Under the pieces are notes generated by a model. It ran no database searches and was not told where the DNA came from. It saw nothing but the letters and a program-made list of their open reading frames with translations. This document shows, in pieces, positions 14,537-25,809 of a DNA stretch of 64,000 nucleotides; position 1 is the first letter of the stretch, and the number at the start of each line of letters is the position of its first letter. The DNA is taken from positions 1 to 64,000 of the forward strand of contig KZ538299.1 in the NCBI GenBank assembly GCA_000934665.2, in the 5' to 3' direction. Source of the DNA: Catajapyx aquilonaris. Lineage: Eukaryota. Both the position numbers and the translations under genes were made by a program.

Positions 14537-15588
14537 TCAATGCATGTCCACTTCTTATAGGAGTCCTGAAGAGCGATGCCGAGAGGACCTTCAAGCCTCC
14601 CTTGAGTCCCGAGAAGACGATCGCTATAAACAGACTTGGGTATGGGAAGGTAGGGAAGATCTTCCTGGAGTTCGAAGACCCCTTCTGGACTCCAGGGAGA
14701 GGAGGACTCAACCTGGGCTGGACAAAAGAGGAGCTCCAGGAAGGGGAGAAGGACACCCATCTGTGGTTCAGGGCCATCGAAGGGTTCATGGAGGTCAAGG
14801 ACAACCCTCGAGTCCTCATGGCTTGGTTGGCAGGCCCACAGGTAATATTATAAGCCTATATATATATATAATAATAATAAGATATAGGGTGGCCCAGTAA
14901 TGGACAGTGTCCCAGTGGTGGTCCAGTTCAGACTAAATAACAATGGAATGAGGCAATATTAACCAGTTTGTCGAAAATTTATATGAATAAAAAATCTATT
15001 CCTTTGCAATACTATTCTTGATACTACTCGTAAATAAAAATACTGCCTGCCTTGGGAAGGGGGTGGAAGGGGGTGTTGTAAAGAAAGGGCGCCATCACTG
15101 TATGCAAGGCGGGCTAATGTGACTGGCAATAAACAGAGTCAGCAGGGGGACAGATGAGTCACAAATGATGGCCAATCGCCCAATCCTATGGGTTTTTTGT
15201 GACATTTCAGGCGATGATCATGGAGCAGGAGAGTGAGGATGAGGTTCTGTCTGTGTGCACCAATCTCCTGAGGCAGTTCACTGGTGACCCTACCATCCCC
15301 AGGCCAACTGGTATCCTGAGGACCGGTTGGTGCAGCGACCCTCTCTTCAGGGGCACCTACTCCTACATAGTGGCAGGGTCAGAGGGCACGCAGGAGGAGG
15401 GCCAGGACGCCCTCGTGTTGTCCCGTCCTCTTCCAGACGAGGACAACCCGATCCTCCTCTTCGCAGGAGAGGCCACACATCCTTCCTTCTACTCAACTGC
15501 CCATGGAGCTTACCTCTCCGGAGTCAGAGAAGCAGACAGGATTGGACCCAAACTGGGGGGTGCCAACCTGACCTTCATTACAGAGTGA
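12913..15588 (+). CDS. Flavin-containing amine oxidase (spermine/polyamine oxidase-like); exons 12913-13121, 13194-13840, 14561-14841, 15211-15588
   Basis: Motifs VVIVGAGMSG, EASNRIGGR, VEMGGNWIHG, IVTVSLGVLK, GYGKVGKIFLEF, WCSDPLFRGTYSY and LLFAGEATH...TAHGAYLSGVREA. Splice phases are consistent. Confidence 0.92.
13860..14540. repeat. Complex tetranucleotide (ATTG/ATCG/ATTC) microsatellite-minisatellite filling amine oxidase intron 2
   Basis: Pure (GATT)n at ~14501-14535, with a recurring AGTTACTGGAG-like motif about every 100 nt. Confidence 0.85.
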
Positions 15589-15896
15589 CTGGAGATGAGG
15601 AGACCCAACAGTAGTGCGAGTCTCCTCTATGTCGTCATCATGCAGGGGATAATAGTTGGGGTCAGTTGCGGATGCTTTCTGAGCTGTGCTTACAGGTTGT
15701 ATAAAGTACCCAAAAGACATTACATATAATTTGAAAAATTTGTATAAACAACGTTATTAATCTTGCTACAACATTTATTTGATCAACACAGTCCACATAA
15801 ATTACGTTACATTAAATTCTCCTGGCATATTGGCCCCTTATATGTTTTTGCATACTATACATTGCATTATTATATAATCCGGGTAATGAAGCATGT

Positions 15897-18800
15897 TCAG
15901 TTGTTCTTCTCCTGGAGCAATTTGCCTGAGAGTTGTCTGATTTCGTCCCATGCGTACTTGATGTCTGAAGATTCGGTGGTCCTTGCGCAGACTGCGAATC
16001 TTAGGATGAAGCTGCCCTTCAACTTGCAAGGAACCAAGTGGATCTTTCCGTTGCCGTTGATTCGCTTCAGGAGATCTTCATTCCACTCATTCGGGCCCTG
16101 AAATTAAATATAGAAATGTCTGTGCCTCTGTTTGTCCAGCTATAGGCGCATGTAGCCAATCGGTGCTCACCTTGAGTCTGAAGCAGACCAGTCCTAATAT
16201 GACAGGTGCGCAGATCTCAAACCGATCGTCTGATCTGACCATCGCCTCAAACTCCTTGGCCAGACCCACATGTCTCCTGATGTGCTGCTGGATACCTTTA
16301 ACTCCGTACAGTCTCAGTACAAACCAGAGCTTGAGCGATCTGAAGCGACGACCCAATGGAATTTGCCAGTGCTGAACAATAAACAAGAGTGTTAATAAGA
16401 GTTTGAAAGGAAATAATCCAGTTCAAATAGTTCGAAATAATTAATTGGTGATCATACTCTGTAATCTGGTGCTTGTCCTTGCTGGTCATGTTTGAGGTAC
16501 AGAGGATCTACATTGAATGCTTCCACTACATCATTGGCTCTCTTTACCCTGAAAATGTTTGCCATTAACTAATTATTTATTTATTAAATTATCAATTGAT
16601 AAGTAATTGCTGATTAAAGATACAGGCCGATTGTTGTACGATAATGAATATAATTCATCATCGTACACCAATCCTTTATCAGCCATCAATTCCTTGATAT
16701 CATTACGAATTTTTTCTCATCAATTATTGTTGACCAAAAAAATTCGTTATTATTTTGAAGTTAAGTAATTATGAAATTTACTCACCACATGGCAGAGCAA
16801 TCAAAATTCACGAGCATCCACTTGTGAGGGTTGAAATTAAAAGACTCTGAGTACTCCACGCCTTTTAGAAGGTGTCGAAATTCAGGGCAAACAAATGCGC
16901 TTCCTGCCAAAAAAATAATTACATACTAATTATGGTTTATTTTAAAAATTACCAATTTTTTTTTGTGCGCATCATACCTGCGTAGGCTGCATCCACGTGC
17001 ATCCACAACCCTTCCTTCTGACACACTTCCCCTAGTTCTTCCAATGGATCAAACACACACGAATTTGTCGTGCCCAAAGTGGCCACCACCTGTCAAAAAA
17101 AATACACAATTATGCAAAAAAAAAAATGCGAATCAAATTTTTAGCAGGCAAAACTTACGTAAAATGGGATGAGTCCATTGGCCTTGTCTTCCTGAACAGC
17201 GTTCTGCAAGGTGTGTCCTCGAAGACGGAAGTCGTCGTCTCCGTCCAGAAGTCTCATCCGGACACCTCCCAGCATCCCAGCCCTCTCCACAGATGAATGG
17301 GATTGAGCTGATGAGGAAAATAAATAAATAAATAATGATCATATTTTTGATGAAATCGCTACATTATTAAAAGTGATAGAAGATTCCAACAGTTCCGCTT
17401 TAACAAATCCGATTAACGGTAATTTAAACTTCACTTTGCCGGCATTGCGGCGACGGAAATTATCTGGTCGCTGATTGAGATCAAAAGGAGAGCCTTTCAC
17501 AAAGCGCTATATTCGCTCGAGTGCTTCTTTTTTTTTTCGTCATCTCTTAGGAACGAAAAGTGGAGCAGAAAATTGATGCTGGAAAAGGCCAGAGCAAAAT
17601 GGAAGTGAACAGATAAAATATTGGCTGCAAAACCGGCAATATTACTTGTCCGTCTTGTAGAGCGAGGCAGGCAGGTGAACGAACGTTATTGTGGCTATGC
17701 CACCCAGCACAATAATGCAGATCACTGCAAGCAAATGCCAGGGAGCATATACTACATAAGAGGCGCAAACATTCGATTTCCGCGTCTCTCTGTTTGGGGC
17801 CGTTGCCAAGGCTGGCGGCCATTTTGAAGTGTGGGCAACGCCAACGAGGGTACAGGCAAAAATAGGGTCCGCCATCTTTGATTCGCGCGTGTTCGTCTTC
17901 TTGCAGCGTAGTTGCCATGGCCGCCAAAACCATCAAAGATGGCGGACCCAATTTTTGCCTGTACCCTCGTTGGCGTTGCCCACACTTCAAAATGGCCGCC
18001 AGCCTTAGCAACGGCCCCAAACAGAGAGAAGAGGACATCGAAGGCGCCGACAGATGTTTGCGCCTCTTATGTAGTATATGCTTCCTGCCAAGGCCATGAA
18101 AGTGTTGTCTCTACTAAATGTTATCATACGTAGAATTGGCTATAGGCTTGACTTTGTCCCTACACGCGTTGACTAATCACCAACGTGCATGTAGTACTAC
18201 TTTCCTCCTGAGAGTGGCAGTAGTGTGCAGAGAGGGAGGATGTGGCCAAAGTGGGGAACGAACCGGGGAGTGTTGCCACATTTTTGAGTTATACTATTAC
18301 TGACCTGAAGTGTATGCGACCAGCTTCCCAACAGTGGTGCTGTCATCCCAATCAGGATGGTCTTCCTTGACGGCCTTCAATGTCCTGGATTTTGCAGATA
18401 ATAGTGCAACTAGTGTGGCCTCGCTCGCAGTTCCCTTGAAAATAAGGCAGACGATAATTAGATTAGGCCCGCTTACACCTGATGCTTTTTATCGATTGTC
18501 CTGTGTAATTACCTGTATGACTCCTCCTCCTGTTCCTCCAGAGCCGCTGGCCAAAAAACTAGATGGCAAATCCAGCATCTTTCCAAGCCAGTCCAATGTC
18601 ACAACTTCCAGCTCAGTGCAGGCCGGACTCGATATCTGTTTGGAGGTCATATTGTGGGTCAGAGGTCATATTATGTCTAAGGTCAACAGGGACTTACCCA
18701 GGTGAATCCAATGCAGGCAATGGCTCCACTCAGCATGTCTGCCACGATTGCAGGATATGAATTCGCCGTCGGAAAATACGCGTGGAAATGCGGAGAGTGC

Positions 18801-19155
18801 CAGTGGGTCACCTGAAATATTAAATTTGTTAATTTTTTATGCACAATTTTTGTGCACGTTAATAATTATTATAATTACCCCGGGCATGATGACACGTTCG
18901 ATGTCTTTCATCACATCTTCCCATTTCTCAGGTTCTTCCGGGGCGCTGTCAGGAACAATTTCACGCAAATATCCGGGTTGGACAGTCGGCAGGACACGTC
19001 TGGACAAAAAGGTCACAAGTGGGGGAGGGGTCAAAGGTCACATATTGTCTATATACTGTTATAGCAAAACCTTACCTGTCTCGGATATTCTCCAAATAAT
19101 CTGCGACGTAATCCACCATAGCTTTTGCAAACGGTCGGAATTCTGCAGCCTCCAT
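15897..19155 (-). CDS. Ddc: Aromatic-L-amino-acid (Dopa) decarboxylase, 11 coding exons (19076-19155, 18879-18999, 18698-18811, 18513-18635, 18305-18434, 17159-17307, 16978-17089, 16786-16903, 16458-16548, 16171-16371, 15897-16097)
   Basis: Motifs [67 protein letters not shown], the PLP lysine motif NFNPHKW and [23 protein letters not shown]. All introns are GT-AG and in phase. Confidence 0.95.
17741..18085. mobile_element. Fold-back MITE in Ddc intron 5, with ~145-bp inverted arms and a 5-bp TSD (TGCCA)
   Basis: 17741-17882 is the near-perfect reverse complement of 17932-18085. TGCCA flanks both sides (17736-17740 and 18086-18090). Confidence 0.85.
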
Positions 19156-20631
19156 ATTCCCTCAAAAAAAATTAATAATTGCAATTAAGACAATTAATCG
19201 ACACAACCGACCGATTCGAACTACAACACTTGTACTGAGATTCGACCCAACTTTCTCCTGGAACAAGCCAAGTTGTTACGTCACTAGGAAAAACCACCCC
19301 CCATGGCCACGAAGAAAAAAAAATATATTCTTCAAATCAAACAGGTTGTGTGCACTGAGATAAATCCGCCCCCCCCNCCCCGTTGTAAAGTACGTCACAG
19401 GTAATAACATACGGAGAAAACTAGTGCAGTTTTATTTCGCTAAAATTATTGCATGAGGCTCAAAAGACTTGGCCGCAATCCATCGGTTCCTTTCACTTCT
19501 GATTGCTGCAATTTGATTAGTATGTAACCTTGTAAGTTGCTGATAATAAAAAAAAGCCACCGGAAACCTCAACACGTCATAAAATGTAACGGCATGTATA
19601 TTGAACAAGTGCAGTTATAGCAATTAAGCATTGCAAATATTTCGTAATTTCACTCCAGTTATGCATATTTCAATATAAGGTGACTCTAAAGTATAGACAC
19701 ATAGTAACCAACAATACAATATTATTTCCTCTGTGTCCAGCAGACACCATGTAAGTTATCATATGTAATGTTAAAAAAAAACAATGTACTAAAAATTAGT
19801 AGCAATTAGTAATTTTACATGAAAACTTACAGGTTCTTTTGACAATTCAGTGATGACTTAACACTCGACACACGTGCTGATGATAAGTGATCTGACCTTT
19901 CTTGATCTCTTATCTTGAACTACAGGCTCTTGAATAGTGGAAGTCTCGTATGCAACTGGTGGATTCAATGGCACACACACACACTCTCTCAATCTGAAAG
20001 CTCCTGTCAGAGTGAGGCGAGAGAGAGTGCCACTGTGTAAATGCTATCGATCAGGATTGGAAGAAGGAACTAGGGAGGCTGCTGTGCTCCTGGAGAACTG
20101 AAACTCTCTGGAGGAAACTGGAGCAGCTCCAGGGACCAACACTTCATTATATACAAGGGATAGATTTATTTTTATAAATTACTATCCGGACCATTGCAGG
20201 CCAGGAGGTCGCTCTAAAATTACATGCAGACCAAGAATATGCATGAAAGTGCTGCAAAAAAAAAAAAAGTTCATTCCATTTGTGTATTGTTCGTGCTGAT
20301 GGATACCGAATTAATATGTATATAGATTTCGACAAATTGAGCGTTACAAGTGCCATTTAAAAAATCATCAATATGTCATCTTATAGGTGTCCTTATCTCC
20401 ACCTTTTTTATGTTACAGTATACTATAAGAAAGTGGGACAGGTTCACTATCAATCTACGTCCCCTGATTCCCTCGGGAACACGGGTTTCCTCTCCCTGAC
20501 GAGGCCAATTGAGTCTCGTCCCGCGCAACTCGTCCGCCAGAGAGAGAGAGAGAGCCTATAACACAACTAGAGAGAGTGTGACGCGCTATAATATCCATCC
20601 CTCCAGCTACAAGTTCTATAGAAAATGCCGT

Positions 20632-20645
20632 GTCTCCATGGTAAC
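20632..20645 (+). promoter_or_regulatory. RFX X-box GTCTCC-AT-GGTAAC
   Basis: Perfect match to RTHNYY-WT-RRNRAC, in the intergenic region upstream of Ddc. Confidence 0.4.
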
Positions 20646-21819
20646 CCCGAGGGGGGTTGCACCGCCTATTCCTGTCTGTCTCTCCAGAGGACTATAAAGA
20701 ACAACCGGGAGTGTATAGAGATAGCAGGCCGTATATAGGACTCGATAGACTCTTCTATATATTTTTTGGGGGCTCTCATTTCCGGCTGCTGTTCCTCCGA
20801 TCAATTCTAGCAAGCTGAGTGGTTCGCCCCCCCTTTTTTTTTGTGTGTGTGTAAGGGTATTGCATTAACATATTCATTGGATGGGTGCTTTGAGATTTAG
20901 TGCTGCTGGATCCATATGCATCTTTAGCTGGGAAGGATTTTGGACTGTGCTTGGAAGTTAATGGATGATGCTGATTTGGGATAGCCTATTTGAAAGGACG
21001 TCAACATTTTATAACATCTGAACTCCCAACGTTGTCAACACAATATCATTTTTGGTGGAAAAAAGTGTGCGTAAATATAATTCGTGTGTGTCTATAGTAG
21101 AATAAGAATACCACTACAATAGAAAGGGCTGTTTTCCAACGGGGTTAACTGAAATAAACAAATATACGTGGTATAAATAAAAACAAGTAAGTACAAAATG
21201 AGTAAGTGAAAATAAATTGGTATATGTAAGGAAAAATTATCAAGTAAATAAGCAAGTAAATAAATATACGAATAAATCAGTTAGTAAATGACTAAATAAG
21301 TAATAATTAGGTAAATCAATTAAGAGCCTGTGATTGCAATTTATGCCTATTGAAAGAGGGTGGGGAATGTTACGTGGCAAGATTTTCCTATGAAAATGGT
21401 AGTTAGAAGTGAAGTACGCGTAGAGTTCACTTACTGACTGAGTGCAATAATTTCACAATAAGTAGGCGACTGGGTCTGGAACCAGGCCAGGCTTACTCTT
21501 ATACTCCTCGTTGTAGTTGTCGTGTAATTGACCTCGATTCAAACGAGCGCGGGGGAAATCCACGCAGTTCATTTAAAGGCCGGTAGATGGCAGCACGTCG
21601 CAAGGGCAGTTGTGGAACAGTGGCGCCTCCAACCGGCAGCGTTAGCAAGCACTCATGTAGCTGCAAGATCTTCCCGCCTGAGCTGCATGGCGGCGCTGCA
21701 GTAGCAACAAAAATCCCATTAGCAGCTATTCTCACTCAACAGCTACATCGCCATCGTACGCAACTGCAAAAAATTAGATAACAGCTACGAAATATATTAT
21801 GTTCGACCTCAACAATGGA

Positions 21820-22137
21820 GTTGGCAACACTGGTTTTCGACAAGGGTGCCAACAGAATTCACCGCAACAACCAGGGTTGGCAACATTGGCTTTCCCCCAA
21901 CAGGTGCAAGAGTGCCAATGGAATTCACCACAGAAACCGGGGTTGGCAGTGCTGAGCAGCTGGCTGAGTTCCATCCACCTGAACATTCAGGGTTGGCAAC
22001 ACTGCCCTTCAACAACATTGCGATAATGATGCAATGGCGCCAACAGATTTCACCGTAGCCACCGTAGGGAGTTGGCAACACTGTGCTTCAACCACCAGAA
22101 ATGTGATACGGTAGCAGGTGTACCAACAGAATTCACC
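21820..22137. repeat. Array of two alternating motifs (GTTGGCAACACTG x5, GCCAACAGAATTCACC x4) with unique spacers
   Basis: Motif A at 21820, 21876, 21942, 21992 and 22071; motif B at 21848, 21914, 22039 and 22122. Confidence 0.8.
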
Positions 22138-22828
22138 CCCCCCCTTCCACAAATGCAGATACGGTACACGACAACAACAAACAACAACAACAACAACAAC
22201 AAGTGAGCTAATATAGCTTGTATTTTAGACGAAGAAGCTGCTATGCTACCGCTGCCAGTGTTTTGTCGACCCNTATCGTATCGGGGTTGTTTTTTTTCTT
22301 TTCTTCTTTTCTTTCTTGTTGCTTCTCCCGGGTAAGGTGCGCGACAGAGGCGGGCCCCACCGACCGATTAACAGCACCCAGGGGTGGCAGGCAGGCTGCA
22401 TCCTCTGCCCCTGGTCCTTCCTTCCTTCCTTCCTGCCGCATCCTGGCCGGCCCCTGGATTCCCCAAGAACTTCCTTTTCCTCCCGCTGAGACCGGGTTTA
22501 CCGTACCGTATATTGGGGCTCGGGAGGGCGCTGTGCGAGCCTCCCTTGCGTCGCCCGCTTCCCCCCGCCAAGGCACCGGTCGGTCAGAGGCAGCGAGGGT
22601 TGGCCCCCGCCAAGGCCCCGGTGCCCGAACCAGACGGAGAGAGGGGCTGGGCAGGCCCCTAGAGGCACATCCGAACACCGGGATCACACACTTCGAACGG
22701 TACCGTACCAAACTATACCGTACTATATAGTTACGGTATCTCACCTTCTCCATTCGAATTAATCCCTGCGGTTGTACTAGTGCAAATTAATTACCGTCAC
22801 TTACACTCGCCAAATGTGTGTTCCAGAG

Positions 22829-25672
22829 ATGAAGAGGGTGTCCCAGCAGGTGTCCATCCGCCCTGGGGTGTCCCTCCCGACGGACTGCCTCCTGGCCAGC
22901 TCGGACGGGCAGGACGTGTACGTGCTGCTGGAGGACCCCAGCGACTCCTCCTCCGCAGTGGAGGAGGAGTCCTCCTCGTCCTCGCAGGACCAGCAGGTCA
23001 TCCAGATCGACGAGCCGCAGTCGGAGAAGAAGCTGTACATTGTCACCAGGCCTGGGACGCCGCAGAACGTCTACATTGTCAGCACGGACATGAACGAGGC
23101 ATTGCAGTCCGTGCAGTTTGGGTCGCAGGATGACGCCTTCGGAGGGGAGGTCACCTACCTCAGCTCCGTGGCCGAGGAAGGGAAGAAGAAGGTCATCCTC
23201 AAGAAGAAGGAGGCTGGGAAGCCCGCTCAGGGGAAGCCGCTCCTGGCAGCACAGCCGCAAGCAAAGCCACAAGCGCCCAAACCACAGCCGCAGCCAAAGT
23301 TGCCGCTCATTCTGCAGTCGCAACACAAGCCGCAACCAAAACCGCAACCCCTGCAGGCCAAACCGCAACCGGTGCAACTGGTGCAGGCCAAACCGCAGCC
23401 ACCGCCGCAACCCAAACAACCCGCGGCTGCCAAACCGCAGCCGGTGCAAACCAAACAGCTGGTCCTGCAGCAAAAGCCGCAACAGCACCTGATCCTCCAG
23501 CCCAAATCCCCAATCCCAAAAGGGCTGGTTCAGGTCAAGATCCAGCCGAAACCGGAGCAGCCAAAGCCGCAGATGGCCACAGTCTCAACCAACACAGACC
23601 CACGACCCAAGACTGAGTCTCACATGATCCAAACCGACCTCACTTTAGACATATCAGCCGCAATATTGACCCCCGCGGCTCACAGCGTACTGTTGGCCGA
23701 GATGGAAAAGCTTCGTGAGGAGAATGCGACTCTGAAGCGGGAGCGGGATGTGTACAAATCTCAGTCCCTGCTGCAGCATATGCGAGGGGACGATGGGGAG
23801 GAGCGGCTGAAGCAGATTCACGAGAGGAGAAGAAAACTGGTAGCCAACATTCAGGTGAAGGCGGGAGAGCCGGCGGCTGCGGACGAGAGCGACAAAGGGG
23901 AAGGGAGCAAATCGGAGGAGACGTCACCTCGGAGACGGACCAGGAAACGAGCAGACACTCGGATACTGGATGCCGTCTCGTTAGGTGCGCATTAATTGCG
24001 ATTAATTGTACGCCAATATTTACAGATGTCATTTCCAGGTCCAGTGCGTAAGATGCAGGAGATCAAGGCGAAGGCCGAAGCTGATGCGGCCAAGCGTCCC
24101 CGGCGTACCAGGAGACTCCCGGCCCGCTTTCGGGGCGGGGATGTTTCGGTGGACATTAAGGAGGAGGAGGAAGAGGAGAAGACGGAGGAGACGGAAGAGA
24201 AGGAGGCGGAGGACGAGGAGATGATGAGCGAGGAGGAGGAGGAGATAAAGAACCGGGAGATGCAGCTCACTTTGCATCGTGGGCCGTACAAGTAAGTACG
24301 AACCCACCTGTAATCTGCGGTATGACAATCCTTGATCTTTCCAGATGCGACGTGTGCAACCGCAGCTTCCGGTATCCGCAAGAGCTACGTGCGCACGAGC
24401 AGTTTCATGAGATCCAGGAGAGTACAAAGAGGCATGATTGCAATGAGTGTGGGAAGAGTTTTAGTCACCGGGGCGGTCTCTGGGAGCACATGAAGTCGCA
24501 CAAGGGAGAAGTCACAATGTACGTTACGCTACTGCCATTGCTGTATGCTCGGTTGCGATGTAGCTAAATTTTGTGCGCATTTCAGGTGCGAGGTTTGCGG
24601 CAAGACGTTTGCTCGCGAGCGTGAGATGCGGAAGCATGAGCAGCGTCACGAGAGCGAAGTCGACAACGTTTCATGCTGGGTGTGCGGGCAGAAGTGCACT
24701 CCGACGTACCTGCACATGCACATGAACAAGCACGATAAGGACAGGCCGTATGTGTGCGATATGTGCAACCAGGCGTTTGCTGCGAAGGTAAGCACACCGT
24801 CGAATGATTTTGCAATGTGTACTGTAAACTACGGGTTGTTACAGGGCGCACTGGATACGCACAAACATATGGAACACGGTTGGGTCAATCCGAGCACATC
24901 GTCGGCTAAAGATGAGCAGAGTATGACTTGCGGCACATGCGGGAAGAAGTTCCAGCGACGCCACGAGCTTCTGCAGCATCGGAAGGCACATGAGGATCTC
25001 CGACCATTCACATGCAAGGTGTGCGCCGCATCGTTCAAGTCGTCCCCGGCGTTGCGTCTCCACCAGCAGCTGCACACCGGAAAGCAATTTCAGTGCACAC
25101 TGTGCCCGAAGGCGTACTTGGCACGAGGCGGACTGGAGATTCACATGCGGACGCACACTGGGGAGAAGCCTTTCTCCTGCCAGTTTTGCGAGAAGAGCTT
25201 CTACCACTCGGGACACTTGACCGAACACACCCGACTTCACACGGGCGAGAGGCCCTACCAATGCTCCCAGTGCGATCGGAGCTTCCCGAACGTGGGGAAC
25301 TTGTACAAGCACATGAGGAGCGTGCATAAGTCGCAGGATCCGAAGCAGGAGATTCTGATGCAGGCTCTGGCTAAAGGGAGGCTGGCTGCGGCGGAGTTGG
25401 CCGCCAGCGAGGGAGACGCGATCTCAGAGAGGCAAGCGACGACATTGCTTGATTCGCAGGGTGGGCTGAGCGCCGCAATCGTTGAAAAGACTGCGACAAA
25501 CGGTTCGCCGCAAGACTCCGGAACAAAGAGTGACCCGCCGGTCGTACGGAAGAAGAAGACGAGCGATGCGGGTCCAACCGTGACTGACAATCACTCGATT
25601 CCTGACCCAGTAGCCAAAGACGACGATGCCGTGGCTACCGACACGTTTGGAGAAATTTCTTTCAATGAGTAG
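22829..25672 (+). CDS. C2H2 zinc-finger protein (~10 fingers) with a P/Q/K-rich N-terminal region, short coiled coil and acidic stretch
   Basis: About ten CxxC...HxxxH fingers, including TGEKPF and TGERPY linkers. Acceptor at 22825-22826 precedes ATG 22829. A probable non-coding first exon ends at the donor at 22332. Confidence 0.9.
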
Positions 25673-25809
25673 CTGTAGACCGTTTTCTTTTTCTGTAAGC
25701 CTTTTTGAAACAATAAACGATGTTAAAAATGAAACCGTGACAACCTGTGTACGTTTTAATTGTCGGTGGAGCGTACACCCAGGGCAAGGAGCTACACACC
25801 CATAGGATC

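Noticed and set aside
17547..18133. ORFs with mirrored peptides (e.g. [17 protein letters not shown])
   Set aside because: Artefact of the inverted repeat inside a Ddc intron.
21820..22137. CRISPR array
   Set aside because: The repeats are only 13-16 nt, two motifs alternate, spacer lengths are irregular, there are no cas genes and the context is eukaryotic.
22218..22753. Overlapping 170-aa ORFs on both strands
   Set aside because: GC-rich first exon/intron of the zinc-finger gene (donor at 22332), low complexity, and contains an ambiguous base.
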